This document shows, piece after piece, positions 9,379-17,105 of a DNA stretch of 64,000 nt. Made by a program: the position numbers and the translations under genes. The number at the start of each line of letters is the position of its first letter. Position 1 is the stretch's first letter. Origin of the DNA: a virus. Lineage: Duplodnaviria > Caudoviricetes. The stretch spans positions 96,001 through 160,000 of the IMG/VR virus record IMGVR_UViG_3300021387_003827; one strand, written 5' to 3'. The notes beneath the pieces were generated by a model, which saw only the letters and a list, made by a program, of their open reading frames with translations, ran no database searches and was not told the DNA's origin.

Positions 9379-10664
9379 TAGAAAAATATGAAAATGAGGC
9401 AGCCTGGAATTCCGCAGAGAAGACAGAAAATACATTAGGCCTTATTCAAAATACTGGAGAAATAAAAACAAAAGGATTTAATATAATAACTAAAAGTCCT
9501 AAAGTTGGTGATGCTATATATCTAGACCCGAATAACGATATTAGGGCAATAGAACTTGACTCTCTTACACCATCACTTCTCTCTGACTGGACTTCTGTTG
9601 GCTCTGTTTATCATACGGAAGGAGATAATATATGGATAGTTGCGAAAAATGGTGGGTCTTATAAATGGGCAGCTGTTGCTATATGGCGAGTGACTGGATA
9701 TACTTTAGATGGAACTTCTAGGACTGGAGTATGGGAATCCTATCAGGCGGCATCAACAACCACAGACAATACTTTTACATATTCAGCAACAACAAAAGAA
9801 GACTTTGCATCTCAACTTCATACCTTTATCTCTGCCATAGACTCGAGTATATATAACTACAGTGCTTATGTAAATACCGATGGTGAGGTTGTAATTCAGG
9901 CCAATATATATAATTCATATTGGCAGAATTATCCTTCATTTACATCTGGCCTATCAAGTACTATTTTTTATAATAACCCTAACCCCACAATAACATGGAG
10001 TCCAACTATGGATGGATTTCATATTATATATTCCACCTGTAATAAAAAAAGAATTAAACAGTGGGGAGGAAGAAATGCGCCGACTTCAGAGGTTCCTTGT
10101 CCGAATAATACACCAATATCAAAGGCCAGTTTCGAAGCTAATTCTAATTATGTATCTAGGTATGGAGATTATGAAACCTACTTAGACCAAAACCAATCTA
10201 GATGTCCTTCTGGTTGTGGGGCAGTATCACATAGAGATAAAGGAAAAGAGTATACAAATGCTCTTATCGGAAAAACCTATATAGATACCTCTGGGACGAC
10301 AAGGCCATTTTATTCGGCGGCAGAATATGCTGTTGGATATGGATTTTCGGGGAATACAAAACTATCGGCCGGGAAATGGTGGGTACCCGATCTTGAAGAA
10401 ATAGTTTATATGATGAGAGACACTACTTATGGTCTTTCTGGGGTTTCTGCTGCAAATGCCGACCCTGTGAATAGATGTTTAAACCTCATGGGTGGATCTC
10501 TTATTTCAGCGACCGCTTACAGATGGAGTTCTGTTCGTTGCGACAGTTACCATTGCTGGAGTTATGACAGTATTGGTTACTTGTACATCGACAACTTCTA
10601 TAACTCGTTTATGGTGTCCCCGGTTTCCCGCCTTTTGAAAAGCGAATTGTATGAGCGACGATAG
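9375..10664 (+). CDS. DGR target protein 2 (receptor-binding, C-terminal variable region)
   Basis: ATG 9375 (ATGA overlap); paralog of target 1; carries VR2. Confidence 0.9.
   Translation: MIEKYENEAAWNSAEKTENTLGLIQNTGEIKTKGFNIITKSPKVGDAIYLDPNNDIRAIELDSLTPSLLSDWTSVGSVYHTEGDNIWIVAKNGGSYKWAAVAIWRVTGYTLDGTSRTGVWESYQAASTTTDNTFTYSATTKEDFASQLHTFISAIDSSIYNYSAYVNTDGEVVIQANIYNSYWQNYPSFTSGLSSTIFYNNPNPTITWSPTMDGFHIIYSTCNKKRIKQWGGRNAPTSEVPCPNNTPISKASFEANSNYVSRYGDYETYLDQNQSRCPSGCGAVSHRDKGKEYTNALIGKTYIDTSGTTRPFYSAAEYAVGYGFSGNTKLSAGKWWVPDLEEIVYMMRDTTYGLSGVSAANADPVNRCLNLMGGSLISATAYRWSSVRCDSYHCWSYDSIGYLYIDNFYNSFMVSPVSRLLKSELYERR
10509..10630 (+). repeat. DGR variable repeat VR2
   Basis: 122-nt ungapped alignment to TR 11511..11632; 14 mismatches, all at TR adenines. 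Confidence 0.97.
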
Positions 10665-10689
10665 TCCTGCGCAGTTGTACGCGCAGGAC
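10664..10689 (+). promoter_or_regulatory. GC-rich hairpin/cruciform downstream of VR2 (DGR target recognition element)
   Basis: GTCCTGCGC-agttgtac-GCGCAGGAC perfect 9-bp stem about 34 nt after the VR, no T-run. Confidence 0.7.
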
Positions 10690-10731
10690 CTGATAAATCG
10701 TGGAAATAATATCTATTAAAATTGTTTCATT

Positions 10732-11397
10732 ATGAACAAGAATAACAGTCCACTATCTTCTAAAGTGGCGGGATTTAGAAAAAGTATTAAGAAAAGAAGC
10801 AGAACCACTAGATTACCAAAACCAAAGACAGGGGTAGACCTTGTTGTGGAAATGAAAGCAATGCATAAATTATTACGTGGCTTAATATCTAAGAATTTAA
10901 TTACTTATGATAGAGAGCACCTACTAAAAGATATGATCGAATATTGTCTTAATATTATTTTCAGATTAGAACAATGGAGAACAGTAAAAGCTAAAGATGT
11001 TAAAGAAAGATTTAGAGTGTGCGAAATTTCCTATAATGAGTATGTAAAATTAAAATACTCACTTAGGTTAATTGTAGAAGACCCAGACCTTCATTTAAGA
11101 GGCCAGAAAAACCAAATAATTGCAGAAGTCTTAAATATTATATCAAGAGCTGATGAAGGTTTTAAGAAATGGTATACATACTCTTATGAAACATATTATA
11201 AAGCTTTTAGTGTCCCGTTTGGATTTAGTGATGTTTCGCCTATATCTAATCCAACAGTAAATAGCCAGACTGGTTCTAATATTAATCCCTTTTTATGTCG
11301 AAGTGAATCAAATGCTATAGCAGGGAAATCCTTCGACTATAATCAATCTGGCATAGTAAACGGTGGAGATGGAGAATCCACCGAGGATATAGACTAA
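10732..11397 (+). CDS. avd: Accessory variability determinant (Avd-like four-helix bundle)
   Basis: Basic helical protein between target and TR; LKYSLRLI...W pattern. Confidence 0.7.
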   Translation: MNKNNSPLSSKVAGFRKSIKKRSRTTRLPKPKTGVDLVVEMKAMHKLLRGLISKNLITYDREHLLKDMIEYCLNIIFRLEQWRTVKAKDVKERFRVCEISYNEYVKLKYSLRLIVEDPDLHLRGQKNQIIAEVLNIISRADEGFKKWYTYSYETYYKAFSVPFGFSDVSPISNPTVNSQTGSNINPFLCRSESNAIAGKSFDYNQSGIVNGGDGESTEDID

Positions 11398-11510
11398 GTT
11401 CTATATTCGACATTGAAACAAATCCTTATTAAATAATAATGGGAATCATAGGTAGCAACAACACTGATTTTACATTAAGTTGACCCTACCAACATCAAAT
11501 TTGATTGGGA

Positions 11511-11632
11511 ACGACCGCTAACAGATGGAGTTCTGTTCGTTACAACAGTAACAATTGCTGGAATTATAACAGTAATGGTTACTTGAACAACAACAACTTC
11601 AATAACTCGTTAATGGTGTCCCCGGTTTCCCG
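11511..11632 (+). ncRNA. DGR template repeat (TR)
   Basis: AAC/AAT-rich master copy of VR1 and VR2; diverges from them after GTTTCCCG (IMH* vs IMH). Confidence 0.97.
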
Positions 11633-11645
11633 ACATTATTATATT

Positions 11646-11957
11646 ATGGATATTATAAGTCTCCTTGAGGCCTACAAGATAGCTAGAAAATCTAATATAG
11701 CTAAAGCATTTGTTTCCATAGATAACTTAAACAAAATACCAAATAAAGAAGATAGAGTAATTGATTTTCTCCAAACTGTTAATTCTTATCTTGGTATGCT
11801 TAGGAATCGGAATAGTTATGGTGCACTCTTAGAACTACTACGATATGTAGACCCTGAATGGTGGTTATACTTTACTATAGCAATAGATAAGAATACTAAG
11901 AAAATTAAGAAGGTTGTCTTGAAGGATCAATATAAAAAGAAAAGAATTATAGTATGA
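11646..11957 (+). pseudogene. DGR reverse transcriptase remnant, in-frame internal deletion (103 aa)
   Basis: Canonical RT position right after the TR; N-term LLEAYKIARK and C-term FLQTVNSYLGMLRNRNSY resemble DGR RT ends; no YxDD or palm. Confidence 0.8.
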
Positions 11958-12160
11958 AAAGCGCAGAAACCAGAATTCATGAGGCCCAAGAATACCTTAA
12001 TGCAACTGATTATAAAGTAATCAAGTGGGCAGAGGGTGTAGAAGAGCCAGATGAAGAAATAAAAAGAAAACGTCAGAAAGCCAGGGACACTATAAATGAG
12101 TGTCTGAATGAAATCAAGTCTAGGCCGGTGGATCCTGATGAATTTCTTAGAGAGGTGTAA
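11954..12160 (+). CDS. Tail fibre assembly chaperone-like small protein
   Basis: LNATDYKVIK...RQKARDTIN motif. Confidence 0.6.
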   Translation: MKSAETRIHEAQEYLNATDYKVIKWAEGVEEPDEEIKRKRQKARDTINECLNEIKSRPVDPDEFLREV

Positions 12161-12177
12161 AAACCTCTCTTCTTTTC
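12149..12177 (+). terminator. Intrinsic terminator ending tail/DGR operon
   Basis: AGAGAGGT-gtaaaa-ACCTCTCT followed by TCTTTT. Confidence 0.7.
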
Positions 12178-12192
12178 TTCCCACCCCCAGAC

Positions 12193-12204
12193 TCTTATAA
12201 TTGA
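12193..12204 (+). promoter_or_regulatory. Phage promoter motif copy TCTTATAATTGA
   Basis: Matches the recurrent YCTTATWNNTGW motif; directly after a terminator. Confidence 0.65.
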
Positions 12205-12225
12205 AACTATAAAATAATACAAAAT

Positions 12226-13512
12226 ATGCCAAAGAAAATTACATGGATTAAAAACGGATCAACTTTTACTAGAGCAGAAGGAGAAGTATCTGCTCTATCT
12301 AAGTTACCAAAAGCAATTTATACAATAAACTTCAATCCGATGGCGGGTTGGTCTATTGAACATTTTGCAGATAAGTTTGAATTTGGTTATAAGATTTACG
12401 GTCTTCAGGAGGAATTCATTAAGTACATTATTAATACCTGGGAGAATACTACAGGAAATCTTGGTATACTCCTTAATGGAATCCGTGGAACTGGTAAAAC
12501 TGTAACAGCAAAGATACTCTGTAATACTATTCCTGATCTTCCCGTTATTTTAATTAAGAATATGGGAAATTATAATCAGGGTATGATAGAGTATATCGGC
12601 GCATTTAATTTTGACTGTATTCTCCTGATAGACGAGTTTGAGAAAGAATTTAGTAAGGAAGACTCCACTATTCTTCAGCTAATGGATGGTGTTTACACGA
12701 GTGGTCATAGAAAAATATGCCTTCTCACGACTAACACTTTATCTGTGAATGAGAATCTCCTGGATCGTCCTACGCGAGTGAGATATGTAAAGAAGTTTGG
12801 AAATATTGATCTGAAATCCGCGACAGAGTACCTTGAGGATAATCTTAATGATAAATCTCTGATTAATGAGATTATATCCTACACAGATACCCTGAAGATC
12901 TCAACCATCGATATTCTGAAGATGATTGTGGAGGAGATCAATATTCATGGTATAGATGAATTTAGAAAATCAAAGAATTTCCTTAATATCTCTACAAACG
13001 ACTACTCTTATAGGACTATATATTGTTCAATTGAAGGTGGAGAAGGAATTAAGAAAGTACAAACCTACTGTAATGAGAAAGGCTGGGCACTGAAAGACTT
13101 CTTCAAAGCCACACTAATGACGAGGAAAAATCCAATGTATAGTCCATATATCAAAGACGAGGACAACGTAACAAAGGCTGAGAAGGAGAAACTAGAAAAA
13201 TATCAAGAATGGTGTGCTCTTAGAGCAGAACTACAGAGAATGTGTATTATTAGCCCAGGATATAACACCATAGAAACTGAAAGAAAAATCAATAACTATA
13301 AAGTTGGTGATATTTTCATTCAACGCATAGATGATTATGATCCTGATGAGTCTTATGTTGAGAAAATTATATATCTCGAAAAAGATTTTATTATATCTCA
13401 GCAAGAGTATAAGGATGGTAGAGTTTATCTGAATGGATACATTATTGAATCCTATTCTCAGAGCAGTATTTATGGAACCGGCGGCCCTGGAGCTATAATT
13501 AACGTTTTATAA
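12226..13512 (+). CDS. AAA-family ATPase
   Basis: Walker A GIRGTGKT, Walker B LLIDEFEK, LLTTN, DRPTR. Confidence 0.85.
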   Translation: MPKKITWIKNGSTFTRAEGEVSALSKLPKAIYTINFNPMAGWSIEHFADKFEFGYKIYGLQEEFIKYIINTWENTTGNLGILLNGIRGTGKTVTAKILCNTIPDLPVILIKNMGNYNQGMIEYIGAFNFDCILLIDEFEKEFSKEDSTILQLMDGVYTSGHRKICLLTTNTLSVNENLLDRPTRVRYVKKFGNIDLKSATEYLEDNLNDKSLINEIISYTDTLKISTIDILKMIVEEINIHGIDEFRKSKNFLNISTNDYSYRTIYCSIEGGEGIKKVQTYCNEKGWALKDFFKATLMTRKNPMYSPYIKDEDNVTKAEKEKLEKYQEWCALRAELQRMCIISPGYNTIETERKINNYKVGDIFIQRIDDYDPDESYVEKIIYLEKDFIISQQEYKDGRVYLNGYIIESYSQSSIYGTGGPGAIINVL

Positions 13513-13513
13513 T

Positions 13514-15634
13514 ATGAAAGACCTACTTCAAAAACAATTCGACAAGCTTCAAGAGACAGGAATGCTCTTTAGAAGCGAGATTTCTGGAGATAAACTCTGG
13601 GAACTATATATGAAAGGATTTGGACAGGATCCTATATATCTATGTCCAGATTCCAGTGAGCATAATTGTAATAATTGTCATAATTTTATCAGAAGATACG
13701 GAAATATCGTAGCTCTTGATAAGGACTTAAACATTATGACATTATTCGATAACTGTTCCGATCCAGAGTACAAGAACTCCTTTGATCTTATGTCCTCTGA
13801 ACTTAAAGGTGCAAAGATTCAAAGAGTATTCAAAGAAACGTGGGACATGCTTAATAAGCTGCCCTATGAAAGAATCACCAAGAGAAATACTAAGTATCAG
13901 CTTGGTGTAGCTTCGAATGTAAGAGTCTTTACTCCTGAGGATGTTAAGAAATATGGGTCTGTAGTTAAAGCCGGGAGCACGACAACCTTTGAGCACTTGT
14001 CCATGGTCGTTGACTCCATTTATGTGGATACAACAGGGGCTAGTATAGAAAATATCGAGGCTAGATATCGGGAAGATAAAAATGTCTTCAAGAGAGCGCT
14101 AGACGAAATCCCGGTTGATACATTACTTCTTGTAAAGGATCTTATCAATCAGGGGTCTCTCTTAGATGGAACGGCTCATCTGCATAAGATAGAGGCCATG
14201 ATTCCAATCGCTCAGGAATATGAAAACGTTCCGAAAGACAAAGAAGACAACTGGGCCTGGGTACAATCATATGAATTTAAGTACGCCAGATTTAGAAATG
14301 AGCTGATCGGGGTATTATGCTCTGACTTAGCACAGGGAGTAGAACTCAATAAGGCCGTACAGGATTGGAACAAGAGAGTAGATCCTGCAAATTATATGAA
14401 GGCTACTGCTCCTATCACCAAGCAAATGATTTCTGAAGCAAAGAAATTCATTGAGGACAACGGATACGCCGAGTCATTTACACGTAGGGTAGCTACAATA
14501 GATGATATCAAAGCTTCTGACATCCTTCACATAAACTCTGGTGATGGGAAAATTAACCCAGTATCTGTGCTTGATTCTCTTGCTCCGACCGCACCCACAA
14601 GACATAAGAAGTCTGAGTTTGACGGGGTAGAAACCGTGTCCATAGACAAGTTTATGAAGGATATTCTACCAGGGTGTACCAGTGTTGAAGTATATTTGCA
14701 GTCTAAGCACGCAAAGAATTTCGTTACATTGACTACGGCAGAGAATAAAGACTCCAAGCCTATATTTAAATGGCCAAATAATTTCTCGTGGACTTACACC
14801 GGAGGCCTCGCTGGTAAGAGCCAAATTAAAGAAGCGGTTAAGAAAGCCGGTGGATTTGTAGATGCCCCGTTCCGATTCTCTATAATGTGGAATGAAGACG
14901 GAAGAAGTATCGTGGATCTTGACGCGCATGCTATAGAAGGAGGCGGTGGCGGACATATCTATTATGGAAGCTTTAGGTCTCCCAACCATACGAATTTTGG
15001 TGGCACTCTTGATGTTGATATGATTCGACCTACGGAGGTTGGTGTAGAAAATATTTTCTGGAATGACATGTCAAGAGTGGCCGATGGAACATACAAGTTC
15101 TTCATTAGAAACTTCGATGGAGGAAATTGTAGTGGAGCAAAAGCGGAAATCGCAATTGGTGACTCGGTATTTCAGTACTTTGTTCCAGGATGTGATCTTC
15201 ATGGACACGTTGATGCTCAAATTGCAGAAGTTACTATCAAAGATGGAGATCTCTCCTCGATTAAGCAATCCAAGTATCTTACTTCAGAAGATGCCGTAGG
15301 TATTGAAATATTTGGTCTAAAGACCGGAGAATTCCAAAAGGTAAATCTAATTTGCCTTAGTCCAAATCATTGGGACAGTCCTGTAGGAAATAAACACTAT
15401 TTCTTTATGTTGGATGGTGCAAAGAGTCCAGAATCAATCAGAACCTTCCACAATGAGAACCTAATTCCTGAACTTCTCAACCACAGAAAGGTCATGGAAG
15501 TCTTAGGAAATACAACTAAGGCTGAATCAGTGAAGGGTCAATTATCCGGACTTGGATTTGACTCCACAGTACGAGACGAGGTTATTCTTCGACTTAAAGG
15601 ATCATTCAAACGTTTAATAAAAGTAACATTCTAA
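13514..15634 (+). CDS. Conserved large-phage hypothetical protein (Cys/His N-terminus, DLDxH..LDVD..VENI domain)
   Basis: HNCNNCHNF; DLDAHAIE, LDVDM, VENIFW; GNKHYFFML. Confidence 0.7.
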   Translation: MKDLLQKQFDKLQETGMLFRSEISGDKLWELYMKGFGQDPIYLCPDSSEHNCNNCHNFIRRYGNIVALDKDLNIMTLFDNCSDPEYKNSFDLMSSELKGAKIQRVFKETWDMLNKLPYERITKRNTKYQLGVASNVRVFTPEDVKKYGSVVKAGSTTTFEHLSMVVDSIYVDTTGASIENIEARYREDKNVFKRALDEIPVDTLLLVKDLINQGSLLDGTAHLHKIEAMIPIAQEYENVPKDKEDNWAWVQSYEFKYARFRNELIGVLCSDLAQGVELNKAVQDWNKRVDPANYMKATAPITKQMISEAKKFIEDNGYAESFTRRVATIDDIKASDILHINSGDGKINPVSVLDSLAPTAPTRHKKSEFDGVETVSIDKFMKDILPGCTSVEVYLQSKHAKNFVTLTTAENKDSKPIFKWPNNFSWTYTGGLAGKSQIKEAVKKAGGFVDAPFRFSIMWNEDGRSIVDLDAHAIEGGGGGHIYYGSFRSPNHTNFGGTLDVDMIRPTEVGVENIFWNDMSRVADGTYKFFIRNFDGGNCSGAKAEIAIGDSVFQYFVPGCDLHGHVDAQIAEVTIKDGDLSSIKQSKYLTSEDAVGIEIFGLKTGEFQKVNLICLSPNHWDSPVGNKHYFFMLDGAKSPESIRTFHNENLIPELLNHRKVMEVLGNTTKAESVKGQLSGLGFDSTVRDEVILRLKGSFKRLIKVTF

Positions 15635-15638
15635 AGTT

Positions 15639-16046
15639 ATGTACAGAAAAGCATTAAAATTAAAACTCAGATTCATGTCGGCTCAGGGCCCTCTTACTAC
15701 AGAGATGCTCTTTGATGTGAAAATTACAACCTTAGCTAAGATGGTTAAGGATCAAAGAGACGAGGTCAAGAGATTACAGGGGTCCGATGACTCAGAGCTT
15801 GACTTCTTGGAAGAAAAAGAAGTCTCTGAAGAACTCGCCATTGCAAAGCTCAAGTTTGACGTTCTGAAAGATGTGTATGTCTCGAGGCGTGATGAAATGG
15901 AAAGTGCCAGAAAAGCTGAATCAAAGAAAGAAGAAATCAAGAAACTGGCGGAGCTCATCGAAAAGAAAAAGAATCAAGAGCTCGAAAATCTCTCCGTCGA
16001 CGAGCTGGAGCAAAAGATGCGCGAACTTCAAGGCGAAGGAAAATAA
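15639..16046 (+). CDS. Coiled-coil hypothetical protein, partner of the upstream gene
   Basis: KLRF..QGPLTTEMLFD N-terminus, charged helical C-terminus. Confidence 0.7.
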   Translation: MYRKALKLKLRFMSAQGPLTTEMLFDVKITTLAKMVKDQRDEVKRLQGSDDSELDFLEEKEVSEELAIAKLKFDVLKDVYVSRRDEMESARKAESKKEEIKKLAELIEKKKNQELENLSVDELEQKMRELQGEGK

Positions 16047-16050
16047 AATT

Positions 16051-16075
16051 AGAGAGGGTAATCCCTCTCTTTTTT
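16051..16075 (+). terminator. Intrinsic terminator
   Basis: AGAGAGGG-taat-CCCTCTCT followed by T-run. Confidence 0.8.
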
Positions 16076-16086
16076 CTTATATATGA
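16075..16086 (+). promoter_or_regulatory. Phage promoter motif copy TCTTATATATGA
   Basis: Motif ends 2 nt before ATG 16088. Confidence 0.7.
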
Positions 16087-16087
16087 T

Positions 16088-16420
16088 ATGATGACAACTG
16101 TAATATACTATGAAAGAAGAGGCCATGAAGACAAAGGGGTATTCGGAGGATTGTCTGGATGGATTGAAGATAGTACAGATTGGTGTAAGATATATGATAT
16201 AATAAAACAACTACAAGAGAATACTCCCGGACTGATAGATGATAACACGGTTGTATATACGAACTCTGGTATTTATTATGTATATGGATATTCAGAAAAA
16301 GATCTAGAGTCTTATGCATTTGTAAAGTGTAATAAGAGACTACCAGCCAGAGAAAAAGTTATGTCTTGGTTGATGGAAAACTTTAATGTAATAAAGGAAT
16401 GCTGGAAAAAGAAGAAATAG
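16088..16420 (+). CDS. Hypothetical protein
   Basis: ORF with its own promoter motif and a downstream hairpin. Confidence 0.6.
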   Translation: MMTTVIYYERRGHEDKGVFGGLSGWIEDSTDWCKIYDIIKQLQENTPGLIDDNTVVYTNSGIYYVYGYSEKDLESYAFVKCNKRLPAREKVMSWLMENFNVIKECWKKKK

Positions 16421-16457
16421 TACTCACACAAGGAATACTATTTCTCTTTATTTTTTT

Positions 16458-17099
16458 TTAGTTCTCTCTATTCTCTTTTTCGAGTTCTAAGAGTCTAAAA
16501 TATCTATCAACTGCAGCATATGAAGTAAGATGATATTGTAATCTATCCTTAACTTCATTATCTGAACCATAAGATATAATAAGATCCTCAAAATCTATTA
16601 CAGAATCTTTAAGAACTAATTGCAATGTCTCTGAATCAAGATATTTCTGGGCGGTACCAGGATTTAACTCAGCCAGGGTAAGATGTGGAGTATAAGAATC
16701 AAACTTACTTGGTACTTCATACTTTACTGCAAGGCCTTTATTGATTAATCTTAGATACTTAAATAACCCAAAATCTTCCTTCATTTTCAGAACAACATAA
16801 TCAGACTCGTTCTCAAACTTTCCCAAGTCAAATATATCAAGGACATTTTCTTCCCTCTCCTCCTCAAGATATTTAAGAAATTCTGTGGTATCATCATAAC
16901 CAAGAATATCTTTAATATCGTTTAGAAGATTAGTTCTGGGAATATCTCTTCCTTGAGCATACAAGAGAGTTATATGGGAATCGAGCTCTATTCCGGTATC
17001 CTTAAGATCGGAATCATCAAAAATAGCCGACAAGGACACAGGAGTTTGTAAATTAGCCGTTAACATTAAACAGCTATTCAGATTTCCTTTATTTTCCAT
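16458..17099 (-). CDS. 2H phosphoesterase (LigT/Acb1-like)
   Basis: Two HxT motifs: SHITLLY and PHLTLAE. Confidence 0.8.
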   Translation of the reverse strand: MENKGNLNSCLMLTANLQTPVSLSAIFDDSDLKDTGIELDSHITLLYAQGRDIPRTNLLNDIKDILGYDDTTEFLKYLEEEREENVLDIFDLGKFENESDYVVLKMKEDFGLFKYLRLINKGLAVKYEVPSKFDSYTPHLTLAELNPGTAQKYLDSETLQLVLKDSVIDFEDLIISYGSDNEVKDRLQYHLTSYAAVDRYFRLLELEKENREN

Positions 17100-17105
17100 A
17101 ATTCA

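Larger units (their letters stand above)
7644..11957 (+). mobile_element. Diversity-generating retroelement cassette (2 targets, avd, TR, truncated RT)
   Basis: TR/VR adenine-specific divergence and gene order. Confidence 0.95.

Noticed and set aside
11505-11645. 150-aa ORF starting at TTG 11505 as a third DGR target or TR-RT fusion
   Set aside because: Its N-terminal part is just the translated TR (Asn-rich); the plausible start is ATG 11646.
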